DNA of 64,000 bases from Thermoanaerobaculia bacterium (GCA_963666565.1 OY762911.1:2816001-2880000); one strand, 5' to 3'. Shown: positions 1 through 9,793, numbered from the stretch's first letter. Notes: generated from the letters alone by a model not told the origin. A program made the numbers and translations.

Positions 1-1
1 C

Positions 2-1237
2 ATCAAGGGGACCTGCCCGCGCTGCGGCGCGAAGGACCAGAACGGCGACAGTTGCGACGAGTGCGGCTCGATCTACCAGCCGGCCGACCTGATCGATCCC
101 CGGTCGACCATCACCGGCGCCCTGCCGGTCGAGAGGGAATCGGAGCACATCTTCGTGCGACTCTCCGACTACGGCGAACTGCTTGAGGAGTGGGTCGGCG
201 ACGGACGTCTGCAGCGGGAGGTCTCGAACAAGCTCCGCGAGTGGTTCGACGAGGGGCTGCGGGACTGGGACATCTCCCGCGACGCGCCCTACTTCGGCAT
301 CGAGATCCCGGACGCGCCGAACAAGTACTTCTACGTGTGGGCCGACGCCCCGGTCGGCTACATGGCCAGCTTCCGCCAGTTCTGCGACCGGAACGGGATC
401 GCATTCGACGACTTCTGGGGCGCGGACAGCGACACCGAGCTGTACCACTTCATCGGCAAGGACATCCTCTACTTCCACTGCCTGTTCTGGCCGGCGATGC
501 TGCACGCCGCCGGCTACCGAACGCCGTCGTCCGTGTTCGTCCACGGCTTCCTGACCGTCGACGGCGCCAAGATGTCGAAGTCGCGGGGCACCTTCGTCAT
601 GGCGCGGACCTACCTGGAGCACCTGGACCCGGAGGCCTTCCGCTACTACATCGCGGCCAAGTTGAGCAACGGGCTCGCCGACATCGACCTCAACCTGGAG
701 GACTTCGTCTTGCGGGTGAACTCCGATCTCGTCGGCAAGGTGGTGAACATCGCCAGCCGCTGCGCCGGTTTTCTGCACCGGCAGTTCGACGGCCGGCTGG
801 CGGCGCGGCTCGACGCGGCCGAGCTCGCGACGGCGGCCGCCGCGGAGGCGGAGGAGATCGCCGAACTCTACGAGGGCCGCGACTACAACCGGGCGCTCCG
901 CCGCGTCATCGCCCTGGCCGACCGCGCCAACCGCTACGTCGACGAGCGGCGGCCCTGGGAGGCGGCGCGCGACCCGGAGCGCGCCGCGGAGGTGCAGGAG
1001 GTCTGCACCACGGGTCTCGAGCTGTTCCGGCAACTCGTCGTGTACCTGAAGCCGGTCGTGCCGGTGATCGCCGGCCGGGCCGAGTCCTTCCTGCGGACGG
1101 GGCCGCTCGCCTGGGACGACGTTCACACGCCGCTGCTCGACCGCGAGATCGATCCCTTCGAGCCCCTGTTCACGCGGGTGCGGCGGGAGCAGGTGGCGGC
1201 GATGATCGCCGCTTCGGGCGAGGACGGCGCCGGGTGA
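2..1237 (+). CDS. metG: Methionine--tRNA ligase (5'-truncated by window edge)
   Basis: Open frame from nt 2 ([22 protein letters not shown] Zn knuckle), [22 protein letters not shown] and KMSKS motifs; ends after the anticodon-binding domain. Confidence 0.96.
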   Translation: MKGTCPRCGAKDQNGDSCDECGSIYQPADLIDPRSTITGALPVERESEHIFVRLSDYGELLEEWVGDGRLQREVSNKLREWFDEGLRDWDISRDAPYFGIEIPDAPNKYFYVWADAPVGYMASFRQFCDRNGIAFDDFWGADSDTELYHFIGKDILYFHCLFWPAMLHAAGYRTPSSVFVHGFLTVDGAKMSKSRGTFVMARTYLEHLDPEAFRYYIAAKLSNGLADIDLNLEDFVLRVNSDLVGKVVNIASRCAGFLHRQFDGRLAARLDAAELATAAAAEAEEIAELYEGRDYNRALRRVIALADRANRYVDERRPWEAARDPERAAEVQEVCTTGLELFRQLVVYLKPVVPVIAGRAESFLRTGPLAWDDVHTPLLDREIDPFEPLFTRVRREQVAAMIAASGEDGAG

Positions 1238-1241
1238 ACCG

Positions 1242-2540
1242 ATGACGGCCGCTGTCCCCGCGGTCGTGGCCGACCGTCTGACCAAGGTCTACAAGGTCTA
1301 CGCAAGCCCCTGGGGGCGGCTGCGGGAGGCGGTGACGAGACGGCCGGCGCACGTGCCGTTCCGGGCGCTCGACGACGTCGGCTTCGAGCTTCCCGCCGGC
1401 GAAGGGCTGGGCGTGGTGGGGGAGAACGGCGCCGGCAAGAGCACCCTGCTCAAGATCGTCGCCGGGGTGACGCGGCCGACCTCGGGCGATCTCCAGGTCC
1501 GGGGCCGGGTCGCCTCGATCCTGGAACTCGGTTCGGGGTTTCACCATGAGTTCACGGGCCGCCAGAACATCCGCCTGAGCGCCGCGATCGTCGGCCTGGA
1601 CGAGCGGGAACTCAGGGAGAGGACCGGCGACATCGTCGAGTTCAGCGAGCTGGGCGGAGCGATCGACCAGCCGGTGCGTTCCTACTCGACCGGCATGACG
1701 ATGCGGCTCGGCTTCTCGATCGCGGTGCAGGTCGAACCGGACATCCTGGTCGTCGACGAGGCGCTCTCGGTCGGCGACGGCTACTTCCAGAAGAAGTGCA
1801 TGGACCGGCTCCAGGGGTTCGTCGCCGGCGGCGGCACCCTGCTGTTCTGCTCGCACGCGATGTACTACGTCACCACGTTCTGCCAGCAGGCGCTGTGGCT
1901 CCGCCAGGGCAAGGCGGCGGCTTCGGGGCCGGCGCTGGGCGTGGTCGGCGAGTACGAGCGGTTCTTGATGGCCAAGAGCGGCGAGAGCGCCCAGGAGGCG
2001 GACGAGAGCGCCGATCCGGTAGCCGCGCAGGCGCGGATCGTCGCCATCCGGCCCGTCGGCGCCTCGCGGCGGCGGGCTTCGGAACGTTGGGCCCTGGAGG
2101 TCGAGTGGGAGAGCCGGGAAGAGGAGTTGGGCTTCCACCTGGCGGTGGGCCTCGACACGGCGGACGGCGTCCAGGTCTGCGCCTTCACGACGGAGCGGGC
2201 CGGGCTTCCGCCGGTCAGGGGCAAAGGCGCTCACCGGGCGGTGGTGCGGGTACCGCGGCTGCCGATGACGAAAGGCGACTATTCGGCCTGCGTGTTCCTG
2301 CTGGACGAGGAATCCCTGCACGTCTACGACCGCAAGGTGGAGGCGAACGTGCTGGAGATCGAGGCCGAACGCTTCGAGCCGAGCCTGTTCGACGTGCCGC
2401 ACGAGTGGGAACTCGACGGTCGTCGGCCGGAGGAATCGGGTAACGAGGGGCCGGCCGCCCCGGTGGGCGGCGGCGCGTCCGGCGCCGGCGGGACTCGCCG
2501 AGGGAGCGGCGTTCGCGATCGAGGGGAGGGCGACTCATGA
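1242..2540 (+). CDS. Wzt/TagH-type polysaccharide ABC exporter ATPase with C-terminal Wzt_C-like domain
   Basis: Walker A GENGAGKST, YSTGM signature, ILVVDEALSVGDGYFQKKC typical of Wzt. Confidence 0.88.
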   Translation: MTAAVPAVVADRLTKVYKVYASPWGRLREAVTRRPAHVPFRALDDVGFELPAGEGLGVVGENGAGKSTLLKIVAGVTRPTSGDLQVRGRVASILELGSGFHHEFTGRQNIRLSAAIVGLDERELRERTGDIVEFSELGGAIDQPVRSYSTGMTMRLGFSIAVQVEPDILVVDEALSVGDGYFQKKCMDRLQGFVAGGGTLLFCSHAMYYVTTFCQQALWLRQGKAAASGPALGVVGEYERFLMAKSGESAQEADESADPVAAQARIVAIRPVGASRRRASERWALEVEWESREEELGFHLAVGLDTADGVQVCAFTTERAGLPPVRGKGAHRAVVRVPRLPMTKGDYSACVFLLDEESLHVYDRKVEANVLEIEAERFEPSLFDVPHEWELDGRRPEESGNEGPAAPVGGGASGAGGTRRGSGVRDRGEGDS

Positions 2541-3508
2541 AGGTACTGGTGACGCGGCCGATCCCGCAGCCGGCGGTCGAGCGGCTGCGGGCCGAGCCGG
2601 GGATCGAGACGCGGGTGCTCGAGGAGGACGCGGCGATGGACCGCGCGACGCTGCTCGACGCCGCGGCCGATGCCGAGGTGGTCCTGGCCCTGCTGACGGA
2701 GCGAATGGACGCGGAGCTCTTCGACCGGGCGCCCGGCCTGCGCATGGTGGCGAACATGGCGGTCGGCTTCGACAACGTCGACGTCGCGGCGGCCGAGGCC
2801 CGCGGCATCTGGGTGACGAACACGCCGGGCGTGCTCGACGGCGCGACCGCCGACCTGGCGATGGCGCTGCTGCTGGCGGCGGCGCGGCGCCTGCCGGAGG
2901 CGGAGCGCTTCCTGCGCGCCGGCCGCTACCGGCGTTGGGGGCCGATGCTTCTGACCGGCCAGGAGGTTCACGGCCGGACGCTCGGCATCCTCGGCATGGG
3001 CCGCATCGGCGAGGCGGTCGCTCGGCGGGCGCGGCTCGGGTTCGGGATGGAGATCCTGTACTGGGACGAACGGGGGAGGCCGGACCTGGAGCGCGAGCTC
3101 GGCGTCCGGCGCACGGACCTGGACGAACTGCTCGGCGCCGCCGACTTCGTGTCCATCCACCTGCCGCTGACGGAAGGAACGACGGCGCTCGTCGGCGCGG
3201 ACGAACTCGCCCGGATGAAGCCGACCGCGGTGCTGGTGAACACTGCCCGCGGGCCGATCGTCGACGAAGCGGCCCTGGCGGCGGCGCTCCGCGCGGGCAC
3301 GATCTGGGCCGCCGGACTCGACGTCTTCGAACGCGAACCGGAGGTCCACGCGGACCTCCTCGAGCTCGACAACGCCGTCTTGCTCCCCCACATCGCCAGC
3401 GCCTCGATCCCGACCCGCCTGGCCATGGCCCAACTCGCCGTGGACAACGTCCTGGCCCTGCACCGCGGCGAAGAACCGCCGACGCCGGTCGTCCGCGGCA
3501 CGCGCTGA
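2537..3508 (+). CDS. D-2-hydroxyacid dehydrogenase (glyoxylate reductase / D-glycerate dehydrogenase family)
   Basis: MAVGFDNVD, TNTPGVL, GMGRIG, VNTARG, LDVFEREP and LPHIAS motifs; ATGA overlap with the upstream gene. Confidence 0.93.
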   Translation: MKVLVTRPIPQPAVERLRAEPGIETRVLEEDAAMDRATLLDAAADAEVVLALLTERMDAELFDRAPGLRMVANMAVGFDNVDVAAAEARGIWVTNTPGVLDGATADLAMALLLAAARRLPEAERFLRAGRYRRWGPMLLTGQEVHGRTLGILGMGRIGEAVARRARLGFGMEILYWDERGRPDLERELGVRRTDLDELLGAADFVSIHLPLTEGTTALVGADELARMKPTAVLVNTARGPIVDEAALAAALRAGTIWAAGLDVFEREPEVHADLLELDNAVLLPHIASASIPTRLAMAQLAVDNVLALHRGEEPPTPVVRGTR

Positions 3509-3542
3509 GCCCGCCTGCGTCGGTTCGCGGCGGGTGGGACCC

Positions 3543-3719
3543 GCCTGGTTCGGTCCGCGGGGAGCGGCTCCCAGGGGACGCTCGCCCTCCGGAGAAGAGG
3601 GGGCGAGTGGGCTCGCTGTTGTCGCCTGCGCTTCGCATCGGCGTCGGTTGGCGTGAGGGCGCCGGGCGTCGCTTGGCTCCGACCCCCTTGGGATCCGTTC
3701 CCCGCGGACCGAACCAGGC
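3543..3719. repeat. Long inverted-repeat (MITE/REP-like) element 1
   Basis: 3543-3577 gcctggttcggtccgcggggagcggctcccagggg pairs with 3684-3719 (first 21 nt perfect); internal hairpin at 3581-3607. Confidence 0.75.
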
Positions 3720-3790
3720 TGGACGTCGTCGCCGGTTCCGGGGCGTCGGTTGGCGTGATGGCACCGAGCGTTGCTTTGCTCCCACCTCCT
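3640..3790. repeat. Imperfect ~49-bp direct repeat
   Basis: ggcgtcggttggcgtga... at 3640 and 3742; first 17 nt identical, 7 mismatches over 49 nt by eye. Confidence 0.7.
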
Positions 3791-3844
3791 GGAACCCCCT
3801 CTCCGCGGCTCTGAGTGGCCCAAGCACCGACGCCCAGCCCAGTC

Positions 3845-4004
3845 GGGTCAGGAGGGGTCGGCGTCCAGGTGCCTCTGAACGAGCGACGGCCGACGTCTTC
3901 CCGCAGGCCGACGTCCAACTGGAGCGAGTGAAGCGGAGCAAGCGCAGTCCTGCCCATCTCCTCTCGAGCGCGCGCGTCACCTGGGCGCCGACCCCTCCTG
4001 ACCC
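3845..4004. repeat. Long inverted-repeat (MITE/REP-like) element 2
   Basis: gggtcaggaggggtcggcgtccaggtg (3845-3871) versus cacctgggcgccgacccctcctgaccc (3978-4004): 26 of 27 complementary, extending imperfectly outward. Confidence 0.78.
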
Positions 4005-4717
4005 AAGACGGGCGGGTGCGTCCGACGACGCCGCTTCGCAGCGTTCTGCGGCGCAGGCTCGTGGCCTCGTATGCGGAAGGAACGGGCGACGCGGAAGCCG
4101 ATATCGCTGGACACGATGTCGGGCGCCTCTTGCTTGACGAGACCGGGTCGGAGTTCGTTGGATTGAATGCGGAAGGAGCCGCCGCAGAGAATGCGTCGGC
4201 CGGGATCGTCGGTGGGATCTTCGGCAACGCATTCCCAGACGCTGCCGAGCATGCCGTGGAGGCCGAAGTCGTTCGCCTCCTTCTGTTCGGGCGGCAGCAC
4301 GCGGCCGTCTGAGTTTCCCGCGTGCCAGCAGTGGCGGTCGATGGCCTCCGGCGTGGCGGTCCAGGACGGCTCGTCGTTTGGCGTCGAGGAACCCCGGCAG
4401 GCGTAGAGCCACTCCGTTCGGGTCGGCAGTCTCATCGGCTTGCGTGACACCTCTGCGTACCAGCGGCAGTAGGCGTCGGCCTGGGTCCAACTGATGCCGA
4501 CGGCGAGATCCCGGTCACCGGAAGAGAGGGGAGATCGGCGGTAGTCCGGGTCGAAGGCCTCGAACTGCTCGTTCGTCACCGGCCACTTGCCGAGGTAGAA
4601 CGGCTCGACCGCGACGGTGCGGCCGTCGACCACTATCTCGCCTCCCGGCACGAGCCAGAGGATCGTGCGCGGGACGTGGGCGTAGGAGCGGGGCAGCGGG
4701 CGGCTGCTGCTGGCCAC
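3977..4717 (-). CDS. SUMF1/FGE-sulfatase-fold protein
   Basis: PFYLGKWPVTNEQF, RLPTRTEW, ANDFGLHGMLGSVWE, GGSF and IGFRVAR motifs; likely GTG start at 4717 just after the radical SAM stop. Confidence 0.82.
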   Translation of the reverse strand: MASSSRPLPRSYAHVPRTILWLVPGGEIVVDGRTVAVEPFYLGKWPVTNEQFEAFDPDYRRSPLSSGDRDLAVGISWTQADAYCRWYAEVSRKPMRLPTRTEWLYACRGSSTPNDEPSWTATPEAIDRHCWHAGNSDGRVLPPEQKEANDFGLHGMLGSVWECVAEDPTDDPGRRILCGGSFRIQSNELRPGLVKQEAPDIVSSDIGFRVARSFRIRGHEPAPQNAAKRRRRTHPPVLGQEGSAPR

Positions 4718-4730
4718 GGTCTGGCGCGGG

Positions 4731-6101
4731 TCAGGAGGGGCGGCTGCCGAACACCTTCGGCGTCGGCATCCGGGCCCGGATCGATTCGAGTTCCTCAACC
4801 GTCACGGTCGAGATCCCGTTCTTGCGGCAGTGGGACTCGACCGAGCGGACGACCATGCCGCGGACGAAGGCCGGCACCCGCTTCATGCGGGCTTCGGCTT
4901 CGGCCGCCCAGGCGATGCTGGTCGAGCTGTCTTCGCCGTAGCGGGCCAGAGAGGCCAGCCCCGTGCGGTCGCCGAACGCCTGAAGCCGGTCGGCCGTGAA
5001 CGAGCCGGGTTCGTGGGTGCAGAGCGGATCCTCCGCCATCAGGTCGCCGGTCATGCCGAAGGCCCGGGCCCGGCAGCCGCCGCAGACCGTCGACAGCTCG
5101 CAATCGCCGCAACGGCCGCCGAGATCGTTGCGGCGCCGGATCGACTGGAAGAGGTCGGAGTCGTTCCACAACTCGGCCAGCGTGGAGCGTTTCAGGTTGC
5201 CGCCGAAGACCGGTAGATAGGGGCAGGGCGTGACGTCGCCGTTGGGTCGGATTCCCATGTAGTGGGTTCCGGCCGGGCAGCCGCCGGCGCCGCCGTCGTA
5301 CGCCTTGAGGAAGGGCGAGTCCGGGTCTCCGGCGATCAGTTGGCGGACGTAGTGGGGCGCGCACTTCGCGTTGACCACCATGCGCCCGCGGTAGTTCCGC
5401 TGGATGGACGCGAGGGCGGCCAGCACGTCGTCGTAGTCGGCCGGCGACAGGTCCGAGACGAACTGGCCGCGGCCCGTCGGAACGAGGAAGTACAGGTTCC
5501 AGACCCGGGCCGCCAGTTCGTCATGAGCGAACTTGGCGATCTCCTCGAGCTGACCCCGGTTGTGCGCCCCGGCCGTGGTCTGGACGATGAAGGGCAAACC
5601 CGCCGCAGCCAGGTGCTTCGCGCCGTCGACCGTGTTCTGCCAGGCGCCGCGGACCCGCCGGAAGCCGTCGTGAACCTCGGCGTCGAGAGCGTCCAGCGAC
5701 AGGGCGAGGCCGCGGACGCCCTCGCCGGCCAGAATCCGGGCCAGGTTCTCGGTGATCCGCACGCCGTTGCTGCCGACGACGACCCACAGATCCCGCTCGG
5801 CCGCGTAGCGGACGATCTCCAGGATGTCGCGGCGCAGCAGTGGCTCGCCGCCGGTGAGGATGACGAGGGCTTCGGGAGCGAACTCGCGGATGTCGTCGAT
5901 CACCTTGCGGCACTCGTCGGTCGAGAGCTCCGAGCGGTCGGCGAAGTTCGCCGTCTGGACCAGCGGCTTGCCGCCGGCGTCGAGGTAGCAGTGCTCGCAG
6001 GCCAGGTTGCAGCGGTAGGTCAGGTTCCAGGAGATGACGTAGGGCCGCGCGAAGGCGGCCGGATTCACGCTCGCCTGCCGCTCCAGGGGTGACACCGTCA
6101 T
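4731..6101 (-). CDS. Radical SAM/SPASM protein, AhbD/NirJ-like heme-biosynthesis family, with C-terminal PCP_red-like domain
   Basis: CNLACEHC, TGGEPLLR, KCAPHY, SPASM cysteines (GCPAG..TPCPY..CGDC..CGGCRARA..EDPLC); tail IAWAAEAEARMKRVPAFVRGMV. Confidence 0.88.
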   Translation of the reverse strand: MTVSPLERQASVNPAAFARPYVISWNLTYRCNLACEHCYLDAGGKPLVQTANFADRSELSTDECRKVIDDIREFAPEALVILTGGEPLLRRDILEIVRYAAERDLWVVVGSNGVRITENLARILAGEGVRGLALSLDALDAEVHDGFRRVRGAWQNTVDGAKHLAAAGLPFIVQTTAGAHNRGQLEEIAKFAHDELAARVWNLYFLVPTGRGQFVSDLSPADYDDVLAALASIQRNYRGRMVVNAKCAPHYVRQLIAGDPDSPFLKAYDGGAGGCPAGTHYMGIRPNGDVTPCPYLPVFGGNLKRSTLAELWNDSDLFQSIRRRNDLGGRCGDCELSTVCGGCRARAFGMTGDLMAEDPLCTHEPGSFTADRLQAFGDRTGLASLARYGEDSSTSIAWAAEAEARMKRVPAFVRGMVVRSVESHCRKNGISTVTVEELESIRARMPTPKVFGSRPS

Positions 6102-6119
6102 CGGTAACTCCAGGCGAGG

Positions 6120-6599
6120 TCAGGCGATGCCGAAGAACGAGCGGGCGCGTTCCAGGACGGCGGCGTCCACCTCTTCGTAGCCGTGGTCCTCGGCGAACTT
6201 TTCGATACCCGCGACCGCCGAGGCGCGGACGATGTCCGGGATGTTGGCGAGCCGCTCGCGGGCCTCGGCGGTCCATGGAATGCCCTCCGGGCCGCCGTTG
6301 CCGCTCTCGACCGGGCTGGCGTTCTCCCCGGCCCGTGTCCCGGTCATCGGAACGCCCATGTCGGCCAACATGCCGGTGAACGGGCACTTCGACGCGGCCG
6401 CGGCCGTCTCGGGATCTTCCGTTGTGCCGATCTTCACGCCGAGCGATCCGACCACCTGAGTCTCGTGTGGGTTCGTCATCATCGCCATCTCGGCTGAGCA
6501 GGCGGGGCAGGCGTAGACCAGTGCGACCGAGCCGCCCTCGGGGCCGATCGCGTGCTTGAGCTTCATCTGCTCGTCGCAGGGTACGCAGAGGAACTTCAT
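6120..6599 (-). CDS. Small Zn-ribbon + CPF motif + PCP_red-like domain protein
   Basis: CVPC...CPAC, SKCPF, IPWTAEARERLANIPDIVRASAVAGIEKFA. Confidence 0.78.
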   Translation of the reverse strand: MKFLCVPCDEQMKLKHAIGPEGGSVALVYACPACSAEMAMMTNPHETQVVGSLGVKIGTTEDPETAAAASKCPFTGMLADMGVPMTGTRAGENASPVESGNGGPEGIPWTAEARERLANIPDIVRASAVAGIEKFAEDHGYEEVDAAVLERARSFFGIA

Positions 6600-6611
6600 C
6601 AGGTCTCCGGA

Positions 6612-7490
6612 TCAGCCGGCCCGCCGCTCGGCGAGGCCGCTCAGGATGGAATCGGCGGCGGCTTCGATCGCGCGGACCGCCGGTCCCGGCGACAGATCCG
6701 GGTTTCCGGCGTCGGAGGCCGCGGCCAGTCGCGGGTCGAACGGTATCGAAGCGAGCACCGGGAGCCCAAGCTCGGGTGCCGTGTCGGCAGGCCCGTCGAA
6801 CAGGGTTCTGACCTCGTCGCAGCTTCCGCAGTAGTAGCCGCTCATGTTCTCGATCACGCCGAGAGTCACGTTTGGGGTTCGCCGCAGAGCGGCGGCCGAG
6901 CGCGCCACGACGCCTCGCGCCAGGGCGGTCGGAATCGAGACGAGGACGAAACGGGTCCCCGGTCCCAGGACCTCGGCGTACTGGAGCGTGCGCTCGGCGC
7001 CGGGCGGCAGGTCGACGAGCAGAACGTCGAGACGTCCCCAGTCGACCAGGCCGAGCAACTGCTGGAACAGGTTGAACTCGCGGGTGGCGCGCCAGACGTG
7101 GGAGTCGCCGCGGGCGACGCTGGCGAAGTCCAGATCCTCCGACTCCGGCACCGCGGAACCCATCGATACGACCCCCAGGCCCGTCGACGTGCGGGGCAGC
7201 GCCATCCCGCGTCCGCCTGGAAGCAGGGCCGCTCTCTCGAGGCCGGCGAGGCGCGCCTGGCAAGGGCCGTTCAGGTCAGCGTCGAGCACGGCGCATTGGC
7301 GCCCGCGGCGCTGCATTGCCAGGGCCAGTTGCATGGTCAGGGTGCTCTTGCCGACGCCCCCCTTGCCCGAGCCGATGGCGACGATGTGTTCGACGCCGGT
7401 CAGGGCCTCGGCGATCCGCTGCCGCTGCCGGCCGACCTGGCCGGCGATGTCGGAACCGCCGTCGTCGGTGAGGTCGAAGTAGCTCTTCAT
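6612..7490 (-). CDS. mrp: Mrp/NBP35 (ApbC) Fe-S cluster carrier ATPase
   Basis: GSGKGGVGKST deviant Walker A, DADLNGP, LVDLPPG, IENMSGYYCGSC; ATG at 7490 (MKSYFD). Confidence 0.87.
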   Translation of the reverse strand: MKSYFDLTDDGGSDIAGQVGRQRQRIAEALTGVEHIVAIGSGKGGVGKSTLTMQLALAMQRRGRQCAVLDADLNGPCQARLAGLERAALLPGGRGMALPRTSTGLGVVSMGSAVPESEDLDFASVARGDSHVWRATREFNLFQQLLGLVDWGRLDVLLVDLPPGAERTLQYAEVLGPGTRFVLVSIPTALARGVVARSAAALRRTPNVTLGVIENMSGYYCGSCDEVRTLFDGPADTAPELGLPVLASIPFDPRLAAASDAGNPDLSPGPAVRAIEAAADSILSGLAERRAG

Positions 7491-7515
7491 CGCGGTAGGG
7501 AGAGTAACAAGTCCG

Positions 7516-8415
7516 CTACCCCGGAGCTGCTTCGCTCTCGTAGCGAATCGTCCTGGCGCCGGGGCTGAAGCCATACTCCTCGAGACGGCCGGCGGGGACC
7601 TCCGACGGATGGACCCGGGGCAGGTGGAGCGAGCGCCCGGCGCGGTCCGACGCCACGGCGAGCAGCGGGCGCACGAGCGCGGGAACGGGCATCTTGCCGC
7701 CGAGGGCGAGGACCTCCACCGGTGACCGCGTCGGCGGGGCCGCCAGGAAGGGAAGGGGCGCCTCCGCGTCGCCGTCGCCCCGGTGGAGCAGGCAGGCCTC
7801 GACGCCCCGATCCGTGGCGATCGCGAGTCCCTGCGGCCGGTCACGGAGGTTCCCGATGCTCCAGGGCGAGCGTTGCCAGCAGCGGTCCAGCTCGGTGACG
7901 GCCTCCAAGTCCGGTTGCGAAACGAGCTCAGAGGCGGCAACGACAGCGACCAGGTCGACGCCGGGGACGCCGGCCGGCGCCTCGCCCGCGCAGGAGTAGT
8001 CGGTCAGGACGTCTCGCTCCACGAATCCGCAGGCTTCGAAGAAGCGGCGGCCGAGGGCGTCGCCTTCCGGTAGCTCGACGAGCATCAGCGTCGGTTCGAG
8101 GATCGCCATCTTCTGGCTCAGCGAGGTCATCATGTGGCGGCCGTGACCCCGGCGGCGGTGATCCGGGTGGACGGCGACGTGGAGCACCAGGCTGGCGATC
8201 GGCTCCCGCTTGGCGGCGATGAGGACGCCGATCGGGTCGGAACCCTCGAAGGCGACCATGCAGCTGCTGGTCCAGAGGTTCATCTCCCGGCCCAGCCGCT
8301 TCATGTGGTCCACCGTCAGGCTCCAGGGTCGAGCGCCGGCGCCGACGTTGCAGCGTTCGTACGCGTCGACGATGAGGGGCACGTCGTCCGAACGGCAGAA
8401 ACGGTAGGCGGTCAC
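7516..8415 (-). CDS. GNAT family N-acetyltransferase
   Basis: VAVHPDHRRRGHGRHM acetyl-CoA motif A; RFFEACGF. Confidence 0.78.
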   Translation of the reverse strand: MTAYRFCRSDDVPLIVDAYERCNVGAGARPWSLTVDHMKRLGREMNLWTSSCMVAFEGSDPIGVLIAAKREPIASLVLHVAVHPDHRRRGHGRHMMTSLSQKMAILEPTLMLVELPEGDALGRRFFEACGFVERDVLTDYSCAGEAPAGVPGVDLVAVVAASELVSQPDLEAVTELDRCWQRSPWSIGNLRDRPQGLAIATDRGVEACLLHRGDGDAEAPLPFLAAPPTRSPVEVLALGGKMPVPALVRPLLAVASDRAGRSLHLPRVHPSEVPAGRLEEYGFSPGARTIRYESEAAPG

Positions 8416-8419
8416 CCGG

Positions 8420-9793
8420 TTACTCCGTCCGCGTGACCGTCGCGGTCGTCAGCCCCGCAGGGGAAGCCGCGGAGCCGCTCGGCTCCCGTTCGGGTATGCG
8501 GAGAAGCAGGAGGGCCACCATCGAGAAGGCGTACAGACCGACGAAGGTGGTGAATGCCAGGTCGTAGCTGTGGAAACGATCGTGGACGTAGCCCGCGAAG
8601 GGGACGCCGACTACCTGGATCGGCAGCAGCATGGGACTCATCAGGCCCATCACGCGACCGAAGGAGCGGCGGCCGAAGCAGGCCCCGATCAGCGTTCCCC
8701 ACAGCGGCATGATGCCGCCCATGCCGAGGCCGAAGACGGCAACGGCGCCGAGGACCGCCGGATAGCTCTCGGCCCGCAGCAGGCCGGCGGCGCCGGAGCC
8801 CATCAGGCCGACCGCCAGCCACAAGGCGCCGCGACTGCTGAGCCGGTCGCTGATCCACCCGAACACGACCTTGCCCAGCACGCCCATGGCCGCGATGGTG
8901 GACAGGCAGAAGGCCGCCTCGACGGGCGGAAAGCCCAGGTCCGTCGCGTGGGCGATGATGTGGGTGAGGATGGCGGAGTTGGCGCAGAAGCACATCGACA
9001 CGACAGCGACGATGACCCAGAAGTTGCGGTTTGCCAGCGGCTGCGTCCACTCCAGACGTGGGCGCCTGGGCGGTGCGCCGCCAGCCGTGGGCAGGGGTGC
9101 GACAGGTTCGACACCCGCCGGCCCCTCCCCGGCCGCCGGCGCCGCCGTCCACTCGCCGGCCAGCGAAGTCGCTGCTCCGTCGGGGTGCAGGCCTATGTCC
9201 TCGGGCCGGTCGATCACCCAGCGCCGGATGGCCGGCAGGACGAAGAGAAGGGTCAGCGCGCCATAGAGCACGAACGTGCCGCGCCAGCCGATCAGGTCGA
9301 TCAGCCGTGTCGCAACCGGCGCCATGACGACGCCCGAGAGGGAGATGCCCATCGTGGCGATGCCGAGAGCCATGGCGCGACGCCGGACGTACCAGTTGGC
9401 GACCAGGGTGGAGGCGGTCACGCCACCGATCAGCGCCGCTCCCAGGGCCAGGAAGGTGCCGAGGACGAGGTAGAACTGGAACAGATTCTGGACCGCCGCG
9501 GTCAGCAGCAGGCCCAGGGCCAGCAGCCACGTGCCCGCGGTCATGATCCGTTTCGCGTGACCCTGGTCCAGGGCGTGGCCCAGGAAGGGCGCCACCAGGC
9601 CGTTCGTCATGCCGAAGACGGCTACGCCGATGCCGACGCCGGTGCGGCCGCCGCCGAACTCGGAGGTGAGGGCGACGAAGAAGGCGCTGAAGGAGTAGAA
9701 GCCGAAGCCGACGGAGACGAAGAGCGCCAGGAAGGAGACGAAGATGATCTTCCAACCGTGGAAGGGGGCGCTGGCAGGGGGCGTCCACGTCAT
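8420..9793 (-). CDS. MFS transporter
   Basis: About 12 hydrophobic segments, FGWISDRLSSR motif, central loop PEDIGLHPDG. Confidence 0.88.
   Translation of the reverse strand: MTWTPPASAPFHGWKIIFVSFLALFVSVGFGFYSFSAFFVALTSEFGGGRTGVGIGVAVFGMTNGLVAPFLGHALDQGHAKRIMTAGTWLLALGLLLTAAVQNLFQFYLVLGTFLALGAALIGGVTASTLVANWYVRRRAMALGIATMGISLSGVVMAPVATRLIDLIGWRGTFVLYGALTLLFVLPAIRRWVIDRPEDIGLHPDGAATSLAGEWTAAPAAGEGPAGVEPVAPLPTAGGAPPRRPRLEWTQPLANRNFWVIVAVVSMCFCANSAILTHIIAHATDLGFPPVEAAFCLSTIAAMGVLGKVVFGWISDRLSSRGALWLAVGLMGSGAAGLLRAESYPAVLGAVAVFGLGMGGIMPLWGTLIGACFGRRSFGRVMGLMSPMLLPIQVVGVPFAGYVHDRFHSYDLAFTTFVGLYAFSMVALLLLRIPEREPSGSAASPAGLTTATVTRTE

Noticed and set aside
2324-4490. Long ORFs crossing the 3.5-4.0 kb spacer as a transposase
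   Set aside because: Low-complexity Arg/Pro/Gly translations with no DDE or HUH motifs
4731-6599. Radical SAM/SPASM plus small Cys protein as a RiPP system
   Set aside because: The enzyme has AhbD/NirJ-type motifs and no evident RRE; the small protein looks like a folded Zn-ribbon/PCP_red protein, not a precursor peptide
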